Shown here: positions 46,301 to 61,950 of the stretch, piece by piece
How positions within the stretch are numbered: the stretch's first letter is position 1
Layout of the letters: every line of letters starts with the position of its first letter
From: the human T2T-CHM13v2.0 reference genome, Homo sapiens
NCBI RefSeq assembly: GCF_009914755.1
Contig: NC_060928.1
Reading direction: 5' to 3' (one strand)
Length of the DNA: 64,000 bases
Translations under genes and position numbers: made by a program
Notes under the pieces: generated by a model
Seen by the model: only the letters and a program-made list of their open reading frames with translations
Told to the model about the DNA's origin: nothing
The model's database searches: none

Positions 46301-48940
46301 GAGTACATTGATATTTTATGTACACTTTATTATAAATGTTTGGATACTTTCATATTTTATGTACAGTATATAATACATACTTTGGGCACTTTGATATTTT
46401 ATGTACAGTATACAATACATACTTTGGGTACTTTGATATTTTATGTACAGTATATAATACATAATTTGGGTACTTTGATATTTTATTTACAGTATATAAT
46501 GCATACTTTGGGTACTTTGATGTTTTATGTACAGTATATAATACATACTTAGGGTACTTTGACATTTTATGTGCAGTACATAATACATACTTTGGATACT
46601 TTGTTATTTTAAATACAGTATGTAATATATATTTTGGGTACTTTGATATTTTATGTACAGTATATAATACATACTTTGGTACTTTTATATTTCATGTACA
46701 GTATATAATATATAGTTTGGGTACTTTGATATTTTATGTACAGTATATAATACATAGTTTGGGTATTTTGATATTTTATGTACAGTATATAATACATACT
46801 TTGGGTACTTTGATATTTTATGTACAGTATATAATATATAGTTTGGGTACTTTGATAATTTATGTGCAGTATATAACACATACTTTCGGTAGTTGGATAT
46901 TTTATGTACAGTATATAATACATACTTTGGGTACTTCGATATTTGATGTACAGTATACTATATATAGTTTGGGTACTTTGATATTTTATGTCGGGTACAA
47001 AATAAATAGTTTTGGTACTTAGATATTTTATGTACAGTATATAGTTTGAGTACTTTGATATTTTATGTACAGTTTATTATTAATGGGTGCTTTCATATTT
47101 TATGTACAGTATATAATACATACTATGGGCACTTTGATATTTTATGTAGAGTATATAATACATACTTTGGGTACTTTGATATTTTATATACACTACATAA
47201 TACATACTTTGGGTACTTTGATATTTTATGTACAGTACATAATATATAGTTTGGGTACTTTGATATTGTATGTGCAGTATATAACACATACTTTCGGTAC
47301 TTGGATATTTTATGTACAGTATATAATACATAATTTGGGTACTTCCATATTTTATGTACAGTATGCTATATATACTTTGGGTACTTTGATATTTTATGTC
47401 CAGTATAAAATAAAAAGTTTTGGTAATTCGATATTTTATGTACAGTGTATCGTTTGAGTACTTTGATATTTAATGTACAGTTTATTATAAATGTTCGGGT
47501 GCTTTCATATTTTATGTACAGTATATAATACATACTTTGAGCCCTTTGATATTTTATGTACAGTATATAATACATACTTTGGGTAATTTGATATTTTATG
47601 TACAGTATATAATACATACATTGGGTACTTTGATATTTTATGTACAGTATATAATATATAGTTAGGGTACTTTGATATTTTATATACAGTATATAATATA
47701 TATTATGTGTACTTTGATATATTATGTACAGTATATAATATATAGTTTGGGTAATTTGATATTTTATGTACAGTATACAATATATAGTATTGGTACTTTG
47801 ATATTTCATGTAAAGTATATAGTTTGAGTACTTTGATATTTTATATACAGTTTATTATAAATGTTTGGGTACCTTCTTATTTTATGTAGAGTATATAATA
47901 CATACTTTGGGAACTTTTATTTTATGTGCAGTATATAATACATACTTTGGGTACTTTGATATTTTATGTACAGTATATAATACATACTATTGGTACTTTG
48001 ATATTTTATGTACAGTATACAATATATAGTTTGAGTACTTTGATATTTTATGTCCAGTATAAAATATATAGATTTCATACTTTGATATTTTATGTACTGA
48101 ATGTAGTTTGAGTACTTTGATATTTTATGTACACTTTATTATAAAAGTTTGGGTACTTTCATATTTTACGTACAGTATATAATACATACTTTGGGCACTT
48201 TGATGTTTTATGTACAGTATATAATACATACTTTGGGTTCTTTGATATTTTATGTACAGCATATAATACATAATTTGGGGACTTTTATATTTTATGTACA
48301 TTATATTATACATACTTTGGGTACTTTTATATTTTATGTACGGTATATAATACACACTTTGGGTACTTTGATATATTATGTACAGTATATAATACATACT
48401 TTGGGTACTTTGATATATTATGTACAGTATATAATACATACTAAGGGTACTTTGACATTTTATGTACAGTACATAATACATACTTTGGGTACTTTGATAT
48501 TTTATGTACAGTATATAATGCATACTTTGGATACTTTGATATTTTATGTACAGTATATAATACATACTTTGGGTACTTTTATATTTTATGTACAGTATAT
48601 AATATATAGTTTGGGTACTTTGATATTTTATGTACGGTATATAATACATACTTTGGGTACTTTGATATTTTATGTACAGTATATAATACATATTTTGTGT
48701 ACTCTGATATTTTATGTACAGTATACAATATATAGTTTGAATACTTTGATATTTTATGTACTGTATAAAATATATAGTGTTCGTACTTTGATATTTTATG
48801 TACAATATATAGTTTGAGTACTTTGATATTTTATGTACAGTTTTTTATAAATGTTTGGGTGCTTTCATATTTTATGTACAGTATATAATACATACAAACG
48901 GCACTTTGATATTTTATGTACAGTATATAATACATACTTT
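43390..48940. repeat. Tandem duplication, period 2,759 bp (2 apparently identical copies)
   Basis: Pairs 43581/46340, 44306/47065, 44607/47366 and 45390/48149 have identical ORF translations; junction pair 46096/48855. Confidence 0.92.
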
Positions 48941-51900
48941 GGGTACTCTGATATTTTATGTACAGTGTATAATACATACTTTGGGTACTTTGATATTTTA
49001 TGTACAATATATAATACATACGTTGGTAACTTTGATATATTATGTACAGTATATAATACATACTTTGGGTACTTTGATATTTTATCTACAGTATACAACA
49101 CATAGTTTGTGTACTTTGATATTTTAGGTACAGTATATAATACATACTTTGGGTACTTTGATATTTTATGTACAGTATATAATACATACATTGGGTACTT
49201 TCATATTTTATGTACAGTATATAATATATAGTTTGGTTACTTTGATATTTTATCTACAGCTTATAATACATACTTTGGATACTTTGATACTTTATGTACA
49301 GTATATAATACATAATTTGGGTACTTTGTTATTTTATGTACAGTATACAATATATAGTTTGAGTACTTTGATATTTTATGTGCAGTATAAAATATATAGT
49401 TTTGGTACTTTCATATTTTATGTACAGTATATAGTTTGAGTACTTTGATATTTTATGTACAGTTTTTTATAAATGTTTGGGTGCTTTCATATTTTATGTA
49501 CAGTATATAATACATACTAAGGGCACTTTGATATTTTATGTACAGTATATAATACATACCTGGGGTACTTTGATATTTTATGTACAGTATATAATACATA
49601 GTTTGGGTATTTTGATATTTTATGTACAGTATATAATACATACTTTGGGTACTTTGATATTTTATGTACAGTATATAATACATACTTTGGGAACTTTGAT
49701 ATTTTATGTACAGTATGTAGAACATACTTTGGGTACTTTGATATTTTATGTACAGGATATAATGCATACTTTGGGTACTTTGATAGTTTATGTACAGTAT
49801 ATAATACATACTTTGGGTACTTTGATATTTTATGTATAGTATAAAATATATAGTTTGGGTACTTTGATATTTTATGTACAGTATGTAAAACATACTTTGG
49901 GGAGTTTGATATTTTATGTACAGTATGTAAAACATACTTTGGGGAGTTTGATATTTTATGAACAGTATATAATACACATTTTGTGTACTTTGATATTTTA
50001 TGTAAAGTATATAATACATACTTTGGGTACTTTGATATTTTATGTACAGTATATATTACATACTTTGGGTACTTTGATATTTTACGTACAGTATACAATA
50101 TATAGTTTGAGTACTTTGATATTTTATGTACTGTATAAAATATATAGTTTTGGTACTTTGATATTTTATGTACAGTATATAGTTTGAGTACTTTGATATT
50201 TTATGTACAGTTTGTTATAAATGTTTGGGTGCTTTCATATTTTATGTACTGTATATAATACATGCTTTGGGCACTTTGATATTTTATGTACAGTATATAA
50301 TACATACTTTGGGTACTCTGATATTTTATGTACAGTGTATAATACATACTTTGGGTACTTTGATATTTTATGTACAGTATATAATACATACATTGGGTAC
50401 TTTGATATATTATGTACAGTATATAATACTTACTTGGGGTACTTTGATATTTTATGTACAGTATATAATACATAGTTTGTGTACTTTGATATTTTATGTA
50501 CAGTATGTAGTACACACTTTGGGTACTTTGATATTTTATGTACAGTATATAATACATACTTTGGGTATCTTGATATTTTATGTACAGTATATAATGCATA
50601 CTTTGCGTCCTTTGATATTTTATGTACAGTATATAATGCATACTTTGGGTACTTTGATATTTCATGTACAGTATGTAATACATACCTTGGGTACTTTGAT
50701 ATTTTATGTATAGTATATAATACATACTTTGTGTAGTTTGATATTTTATGTACAGTATACAATATATAGTTTGAGTACTTTGTTATTTTATGTGCAGTAT
50801 AAAATATATAGTTTTCGTAATTGATATTTTATGTACACAATATAGTTTGAGTACTTTGATATTTTATGTACACTTTATTATAAATGTTTGGGTACTTTCA
50901 TATTTTATGTACAGTATATAATACATACTTTGGTCTCTTTGATGTTTTATGTACAGTATATAATACATACTTTGGGTTCTTTGATATTTTATGTACAGAA
51001 TATAATGCATAGTTTTAGGTACTTTTATATTTTATGTAAAGTATATAATACATACTTTGGGTACTTTGATATTTTATGTACAGTATATAATACATACTTT
51101 GGGAACTTTGATATTTTATGTACAGTATGTAATACATACTTTGGGTACTTTGATATTTTATGTACAGTATATAATACATACTATTGGTACTTTGATATTT
51201 TATGAACAGTATACAATATATAGTTTGAGGACTTTGATATTTTATGTCCAGTATAAAATATATAGATTTCATACTTTGATATTTTATGTACTGAATGTAG
51301 TTTGAGTACTTTGATATTTTATGTACACTTTAATATAAAAGTTTGGGTACTTTCATATTTTACGTACAGTATATAATACATACTTTGGGCACTTTGATGT
51401 TTTATGTACAGTATATAATACATACTTTGGGTTCTTTGATATTTTATGTACAGCATATAATACATAATTTGGGGACTTTTATATTTTATGTACATTATAT
51501 TATACATACTTTGGGTACTTTTATATTTTATGTACGGTATATAATACACACTTTGGGTACTTTGATATTTTCTGTACAGTATATAATACATACTTTGGGT
51601 ACTTTGATATATTATGTACAGTATATAATACATACTAAGGGTACTTTGACATTTTATGTACAGTACATAATACATACTTTGGGTACTTTGATATTTTATG
51701 TACAGTATGTAATGCATACTTTGGATACTTTGATATTTTATGTACAGTATATAATACATACTTTGGGTACTTTTATATTTTATGTACAGTATATAATATA
51801 TAGTTTGGGTACTTTGATATTTTATGTACGGTATATAATACATACTTTGGGTACTTTGATATTTTATGTACAGTATATAATACATACTTTGGGTACTCTG

Positions 51901-52500
51901 ATATTTTATGTACCGTATACAATATATAGTTTGAGTACTTTGATATTTTATGTACTGTATAAAATATATAGTTTTCGTACTTTGATATTTTATGTACAGT
52001 ATATAGTTTGAGTACTTTGATATTTTATGTACAGTTTTTTATAAATGTTTGGGTGCTTTCATATTTTATGTACAGTATATAATACATACAAAGGGCACTT
52101 TGTTATTTTATGTACAGTATATAATACATACTTTGGGTACTCTGATATTTTATGTACAGTGTATAATACATACTTTGGGTACTTTGATATTTTATGTACA
52201 ATATATAATACATACGTTGGGAACTTTGATATATTATGTACAGTATATAATACATACTTTGGGTACTTTGATATTTTATCTACAGTATACAACACATAGT
52301 TTGTGTACTTTGATATTTTAGGTACAGTATATAATACATACTTTGGGTACTTTGATATTTTATGTACAGTATATAATACATACTTTGGGTACTTTCATAT
52401 TTTATGTACAGTATATAATACATAGTTTGGTTACTTTGATATTTTATCTACAGCTTATAATACATACTTTGGATACTTTGATACTTTATGTACAGTATAT
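48265..52500. repeat. Dispersed near-identical copy of ~2465-6700 (offset 45,800)
   Basis: ORF pairs 3055/48855, 3677/49477, 4425/50225, 5543/51343, 6249/52049. Confidence 0.88.
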
Positions 52501-55500
52501 AATACATACTTTGGGTACTTTGATATTTTATGTACAGTATACAATATATAGTTTGAGTACTTTGATATTTTATGTGCAGTATAAAATATATAGTTTTGGT
52601 ACTTTCATATTTTATGTACAGTATATAGTTTGAGTACTTTGATATTTTATGTACAGTTTTTTATAAATGTTTGGGTGCTTTCATATTTTATGTACAGTAT
52701 ATAATACATACTAAGGGCACTTTGATATTTTATGTACAGTATATAATACATACTTTGGGTACTTTGATATTTTATGTACGTCATATAATATATAGTTTGG
52801 GTACTTTGATATTTTATGTACAGTATATAATACATACCTTGGGTACTTTGATATTTTATGTACAGTACATAATATATAGTTTGGGTATTTTGATATTTTA
52901 TGTACAGTATATAATACATACTTTGGGTACTTTGATATTTTATGTACAGTATATAATACATACTTTGGGAACTTTGATATTTTATGTACAGTATGTAAAA
53001 CATACTTTGGGTACTTTGATATTTTATGTACAGTATATAATACATACTATTGGTACTTTGATATTTTATGTACATTATACAATATATAGTTTGAGTACTT
53101 TGATATTTTATGTCCAGTATAAAATATATAGATTTCGTACTTTGATATTTTATGTACAGAATATAGTTTGAGTACTTTGATATTTTATGTACACTTTATT
53201 ATAAAAGTTTGGGTACTTTCATATTTTACGTACAGTATATAATACATACTTTGGGCACTTTGATGTTTTATGTACAGTATATAATACATACTTTAGGTTC
53301 TTTTATATTTTATGTACAGCATATAATACAAAATTTGGGATCTTTTATATTTTATGTACATTATATAATACATACTTTGGGTACTTTTATATTTTATGTA
53401 CGGTATATAATACATACTTTGGGTACTTTGATATATTATGTACAGTATATAATACATACTTAGGGTACTTTGACATTTTATATACAGTATATAATACATA
53501 CTTTGGGTACTTTGATATTTTATGAACAGTATATAATACATACTTTGGGTACTTTGATATTTTATGTACTGTATATAATACATACTTTGGGTACTTTTAT
53601 ATTTTATGTACAGTATATAATATATAGTTTGGGTACTTTGATATTTTATGTACGGTATATAATACATACTTTGGGTACTTTGATATTTTATGTATAGTAT
53701 ATAATACATACTTTGGGTACTTTGATATTGTATGTACAGTATACAATATATAGTTTGAGTTCTTTGATATTTTATGTACTGTATAAAATATATAGTTTTG
53801 GTACTTTGATATTTTATGTATAGTATATAGTTTGAGTACTTTGATATTTTATGTACAGTTTTTTATAAATATTTGGGTGCCTTCATATTTTATGTACAGT
53901 ATATAATACATACTAAGCGCACTTTGATATTTTATGTACAGTATATAATACATACTTTGGTTACTCTGATATTTTATGTACAGTGTATAATACATACTTT
54001 GGGTACTTTGATATTTTATGTACAATATATAATACATACGTTGGGAACTTTGATATATTATGTACAGTATATAATACATACTTTGGTACTTTGATATTTT
54101 ATGTACAGTATATAATACATAGTTTGTGTACTTTGATATTTTATGTACAGTATATAATACATACTTTGGGTACTTTGATATTTTATATACAGTATATAAT
54201 ACATACTTTGGGTACTTTCATATTTTATGTACAGTATATAATATATAGTTTGGGTACTTTGATATTTTATCTACAGCTTATAATACATACTTTGGGTACT
54301 TTGATACTTTATGTACAGTACATAATACATACTTTGGGTACTTTGATATTTTATGTACAGTATACAATATATAGTTTGAGTACTTTGATATTTTATGTGC
54401 AGTATAAAATATATAGTTTTGGTACTTTGATATTTTATGTACAGTTTATAGTTTGAGTACTTTGATATTTTATGTACAGTTTATTATAAATGTTTGGGTA
54501 CTTTCATATTTGATGTACAGTATATAATACATAATTTGGGCACTTTGATATTTTATGTACAGTATATAATACATACTTTGGGTACTTTTCTATTTTATGT
54601 ACAGTATATAATACATACTTTTGGTACTTTGATATTTAATGTACAGTATATAATACACACTTTGCGTACTTTGATATTTTATGTAAAGCATGTAATACAT
54701 ACTTTGGGCAGTTTGATATTTTATGTACAGTATGTAATACACAATTTGGGTACTTTGATATTTTATGTACAGTATGTAAAACATACTTTGGGTAGTTTGA
54801 TATATTATGTACAGTATATAATACATACTTTGGGTACTCTGATATTTTATGTACAGTGTATAATACATACTTTGGGTACTTTGATATTTTATGTACAGTA
54901 TATAATACATACATTGGGTACTTTGATATATTATGTACAGTATATAATACTTACTTGGGGTACTTTGATATTTTATGTACAGTATATAATACATACTTTG
55001 TGTACTTTGATATTTTATGTACAGTATATAACACATACTTTGGGTACTTTGATATTTTATGTACAGTATAAAATGCATACTTTGGGTACTTTGATATTTT
55101 ATGTACAGTATATAATGCATACTTTGAGTACTTTGATATTTTATGTACAGTATGTAATACATACTTTGGGTACTTTGATATTTTATGTATAGTATATAAT
55201 ACATACTTTGTGTAGTTTGATATTTTATGTACAGTATACAATATATAGTTTGAGTACTTTGATATTTTATGTCCAGTATAAAATATATAGTTTTCCTAAT
55301 TGATATTTTATGTACAGAATATAGTTTGAGTACTTTGATATTTTATGTACACTTTATTATAAATGTTTGGCTACTTTCATATTTTATGTACAGTATATAA
55401 TACATACTTTGGTCTCTTTGATGTTTTATCTACAGTATATAATACATACTTTGGGTTCTTTGATATTTTATGTGCAGAATATAATGCATAGTTTTAGGTA

Positions 55501-56899
55501 CTTTTATATTTTATGTACAGTATATAATACATACTTTGGGTACTTTGATATTTTATGTACAGTATATAATACATACTTTGGGTACTTTGATATTTTATGT
55601 ACAGTATATAATACATATTATTGGTACTTTGATATTTTATGTACAGTGTACAATATATAGTTTGAGTACTTTGATATTTTATGTCCAGTATAAAATACAT
55701 AGATTTCATACTTTGATATTTTATGTACAGAATATAGTTTGAGTAGTTTGATATTTTATGTACACTTTATCATAAAAGTTTGGGTACTTTCATATTTTAC
55801 GTACAGTATATAATACATACTTTGGGCACTTTGATGTTTTATGTACAGTATATAATACATACTTTGGGTTCTTTGATATGTTATGTACAGCATATAGTAC
55901 ATAATTTGGGGACTTTTATATTTTATGTACATTATATAATACATATTTTGGGTACTTTTATATTTTATGTACGGTATATAATACATACTTTGGGTACTTT
56001 GATATATTATGTACAGTATATAATACATACTTTGGGTACTTTGATATATTATGTACAGTATATAATACATACTTAGGGTACTTTGACATTTTATGTACAG
56101 TACATAATACATACTTTGGGTACTTTGATATTTTATGTACAGTATATAATACATACTTTGGGTACTTTGATATTTTATGTACAGTATATAATTCATGTTT
56201 TGGGTACTTTTACATTTTATGTACAGTATATAATATATAGTTTGGGTACTTTGATATTTTATGTACGGTATATAATACATACTTTGGGTACTTTGATATT
56301 TATGTACAGTATATAATACATACTTTGGGTACTTTGAAAATTTATGTACAGTATATAATACATACTTTGGGTACTTTGATATTTAATGTACAGTATATAA
56401 TACACACTTTGCATACTTTGATATTTTATGTAAAGTATGTAATACATACTTTGGGTACATTGATATTTTATGTACAGTATGTAATACACGCTTTGGGTAC
56501 TTTGATATTTTATGTAGAGTATGTAAAACATACTTTGGGTAGTTTGTTATTTTATGATCAGTATATAATACATATTTTGGGTACTTTGATATTTTATGTA
56601 CAGTATATAATACATACTTTGGGTACTTTGATATTTTATGTACAGTATATAATGTATAATTTGGGTACTTCAATAGTTTATGCACAGTATATAATACATA
56701 CTTTGGGTAATTTGATATTTTATGTACAGTATATAATGCATACTTTGGGTACTTTGATAGTTTATGTACAGTATACAATACATACCTTGGGTACTTTGAT
56801 ATTTTATGTACAGTATATAATATGTAGTTTGGGTACTTTGATATTTTAACTACAGTATATAATACATACTTTGGGTACTTTGATATTTTATCTACAGTA

Positions 56900-59800
56900 T
56901 ATAATAGATACTTTGGGTACTTTGATATATTATGTACAGTATATAATACATAGTTTGGTTACTTTGATATTTTTTGTACAGTATGTAAAACATACTTTGG
57001 GGAGTTTGATATTTTATGAACAGTATATAATACACATTTTGGGTACTTTGATATTTTATGTACGGTATATAATACATACTTTGGGTACTTTGATATTTTA
57101 TGTACAGTATATAATTCATACTTTGGGTACTTTGATATTTTATGTACAGTATATAATACATACATTGGGTACTTCGATATTTTATGTGCAGTACCCTATA
57201 TATAGTTTGGGTACTTTGATATTTTATGTCCAGTATAAAATAAATAGTTTTGGTACTTTGATATTTTATGTACAGTATATAGTTTGAGTACTTTGATATT
57301 TAATGTTCAGTTTATTATAAATGTTTCGGTGCTTTCATATTTTATATACAGTATATAATACATACTTTGGGCACTTTGATATTTTCTGTACAGTATATAA
57401 TACATACTTTTGGTACTTTGATATTTTATGTACGGTATATAATACATACATTGGGTACTTTGATATTTTATGTAAAGTATATAATATATACTTTGGTTAC
57501 TTTGATATTTTATATACAGTATATAATATATATTATGTGTACTTTGATATATTATGTACAGTATATAATATATAGTATGGGTTGTTTGATATTTTATGTA
57601 CAGTATATAACATATAGTTTGGGTAGTTTGATATTTTTAGTACAGTATGTAATATATAGTTTGTTTTATTTGATATTTTATGTACAGTATACAATATATA
57701 GTATTGGTACTTTGATATTTCATGTAAAGTATATAGTTTGAGTACTTTGATATTTTATATGCAGTTTATTATAAATGTTTGGGTACCTTCATATTTTATG
57801 TACAGTATATAATACATACTTTGGGAACTTTTATTTTATGTGCAGTATATAATACATACTTTGGGTACTTTGATATTTCATGTACAGTATATAATACACA
57901 CTTTGGGTACTTTGATATTTTATGTACAGTATATAATACACACTTTGGGTAGTTTGATATTTTATGTACAGTATATAATACATACTTTGGGTACTTTGAT
58001 GTATTATGTACAGTATATAATACATACTTTGGGTACTTTGATATTTTATGTACAGTATATAATACATACTTTGGGTACTTTGATATTTTATGTACAGTAT
58101 GTAATACATAATTTGGGTACTTTAATATTTTATGTATAGTATATAATACTTACTTTGGGTACTTTGATATTTTATGGACAGTGTATAATACATACTTTGG
58201 GTTCTTTGATATTTTATGTACAGTAAATAACATATAGTTTGGGTACTTTGATATTTTATATACAGTATATAATACATACTTTGGGTACTTTGATATTTTA
58301 TGTACAGTATATAATACATACTTTGGGTACTTTGATATTTCATGCACAGTATACAATATATAGTTGAGTACTTTGATATTTTATGTACTGTATAAAATAT
58401 ATAGTTTTCGTACTTTGATATTTTATGTACAGTATATAGTTTGAGTACTTTGATATTTTATGTACAGTTTGTTATAAATGTTTGGGTGCTTTCATATTTT
58501 ATGTACAGTATATAATACATACTTTGGGCACTTTGATATCTTATGTAGAGTATATAATACATACTTTGGGTTCTCTGATATTTTCTGTACAGTGTATAAT
58601 ACATAATTTGGGTACTTTGATATTTTATGTACAGCATATAATACATACGTTGGGTACTTTGATATATTATGTACAGTATATAATACATACTTTGGGTACT
58701 TTGATATTTTATGTACAGTATATAATCCATAGTTTGTGTACTTTTATATTTTATGTACAGTATATAATACATACTTTGGGTACTTTGATATTTTATGTAC
58801 AGTATATAATACATACTTTGGGTAATTTCATGTTTTATGTACAGTATATAATACATAGTTTGGGTACTTTGATATTTTATCTACAGCTTATAATACTTAC
58901 TTTGGGTAATTTGATATTTTATGTACAGTATATAATACATACTTTGGGTAGTTTGATATTTTATGTACAGTATACAATATATAGTTTGAGTACTTTGATA
59001 TTTTATGTGCAGTATAAAATATATAGTGTTGGTACTTTGATGTTTTATGTACAGTATATATTTTGAGTACTTTGATATTTTGTGTACAGTTTATTATAAA
59101 TGTTTGGGTACTTTCATATTTGATGTACAGTATATAATACATAATTTGGGCACTTTGATATTTTATGTACAGTATATAATACATACTTTGGGTACTTTTA
59201 TATTTTATGTACAGTATATAATACATACTCTGGGCACTTTGATATTTAATGTACAGTATATAATACACACTTTGCGTACTTTGATATTTTATGTAACGTA
59301 TGTAATACATACTTTGGGTAGTTTGATATTTTATGTACAGTATGTAGTACACACTTTGGGTACTTTGATATTTTATGTACAGTATGTAAAACATACTTTG
59401 GGTAGTTTGATATTTTATGATCAGTATATAATAGATACTTTGGGTACTTTGATATATTATGTACAGTATATAATACATAGTTTGGTTACTTTGATATTTT
59501 TTGTACAGTATGTAAAACATACTTTGGGGAGTTTGATATTTTATGAACAGTATATAATACACATTTTGGGTACTTTGATATTTTATGTACGGTATATAAT
59601 ACATACTTTGGGTACTTTGATATTTTATGTACAGTATATAATTCATACTTTGGGTACTTTGATATTTTATGTACAGTATATAATACATACATTGGGTACT
59701 TCGATATTTTATGTGCAGTACCCTATATATAGTTTGGGTACTTTGATATTTTATGTCCAGTATAAAATAAATAGTTTTGGTACTTTGATATTTTATGTAC

Positions 59801-61950
59801 AGTATATAGTTTGAGTACTTTGATATTTAATGTTCAGTTTATTATAAATGTTTCGGTGCTTTCATATTTTATATACAGTATATAATACATACTTTGGGCA
59901 CTTTGATATTTTCTGTACAGTATATAATACATACTTTTGGTACTTTGATACTTTATGTACGGTATATAATACATACATTGGGTACTTTGATATTTTATGT
60001 AAAGTATATAATATATACTTTGGTTACTTTGATATTTTATATACAGTATATAATATATATTATGTGTACTTTGATATATTATGTACAGTATATAATATAT
60101 AGTATGGGTTGTTTGATATTTTATGTACAGTATATAACATATAGTTTGGGTAGTTTGATATTTTTAGTACAGTATGTAATATATAGTTTGTTTTATTTGA
60201 TATTTTATGTACAGTATACAATATATAGTATTGGTACTTTGATATTTCATGTAAAGTATATAGTTTGAGTACTTTGATATTTTATATGCAGTTTATTATA
60301 AATGTTTGGGTACCTTCATATTTTATGTACAGTATATAATACATACTTTGGGAACTTTTATTTTATGTGCAGTATATAATACATACTTTGGGTACTTTGA
60401 TATTTCATGTACAGTATATAATACACACTTTGGGTACTTTGATATTTTATGTACAGTATATAATACACACTTTGGGTAGTTTGATATTTTATGTACAGTA
60501 TATAATACATACTTTGGGTACTTTGATGTATTATGTACAGTATATAATACATACTTTGGGTACTTTGATATTTTATGTACAGTATATAATACATACTTTG
60601 GGTACTTTGATATTTTATGTACAGTATGTAATACATAATTTGGGTACTTTAATATTTTATGTATAGTATATAATACTTACTTTGGGTACTTTGATATTTT
60701 ATGGACAGTGTATAATACATACTTTGGGTTCTTTGATATTTTATGTACAGTATATAACATATAGTTTGGGTACTTTGATATTTTATATACAGTATATAAT
60801 ACATACTTTGGGTACTTTGATATTTTATGTACAGTATATAATACATACTTTGGGTACTTTGATATTTCATGCACAGTATACAATATATAGTTTGAGTACT
60901 TTGATATTTTATGTACTGTATAAAATATATAGTTTTCGTACTTTGATATTTTATGTACAGTATATAGTTTGAGTACTTTGATATTTTATGTACAGTTTGT
61001 TATAAATGTTTGGGTGCTTTCATATTTTATGTACAGTATATAATACATACTTTGGGCACTTTGATATCTTATGTAGAGTATATAATACATACTTTGGGTT
61101 CTCTGATATTTTCTGTACAGTGTATAATACATAATTTGGGTACTTTGATATTTTATGTACAGCATATAATACATACGTTGGGTACTTTGATATATTATGT
61201 ACAGTATATAATACATACTTTGGGTACTTTGATATTTTATGTACAGTATATAATCCATAGTTTGTGTACTTTTATATTTTATGTACAGTATATAATACAT
61301 ACTTTGGGTACTTTGATATTTTATGTACAGTATATAATACATACTTTGGGTAATTTCATGTTTTATGTACAGTATATAATACATAGTTTGGGTACTTTGA
61401 TATTTTATCTACAGCTTATAATACTTACTTTGGGTAATTTGATATTTTATGTACAGTATATAATACATACTTTGGGTAGTTTGATATTTTATGTACAGTA
61501 TACAATATATAGTTTGAGTACTTTGATATTTTATGTGCAGTATAAAATATATAGTGTTGGTACTTTGATGTTTTATGTACAGTATATATTTTGAGTACTT
61601 TGATATTTTGTGTACAGTTTATTATAAATGTTTGGGTACTTTCATATTTGATGTACAGTATATAATACATAATTTGGGCACTTTGATATTTTATGTACAG
61701 TATATAATACATACTTTGGGTACTTTTATATTTTATGTACAGTATATAATACATACTCTGGGCACTTTGATATTTAATGTACAGTATATAATACACACTT
61801 TGCGTACTTTGATATTTTATGTAACGTATGTAATACATACTTTGGGTAGTTTGATATTTTATGTACAGTATGTAGTACACACTTTGGGTACTTTGATATT
61901 TTATGTACAGTATGTAAAACATACTTTGGGTAGTTTGATATTTTATGATC
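56900..61950. repeat. Tandem duplication, period 2,527/2,528 bp (2 copies)
   Basis: Pairs 57321/59848 and 57831/60358 (2,527), then 58482/61010 and 59047/61575 (2,528). The shift is explained by a 1-bp deletion (TAGTTGAG at ~58361). Confidence 0.92.
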
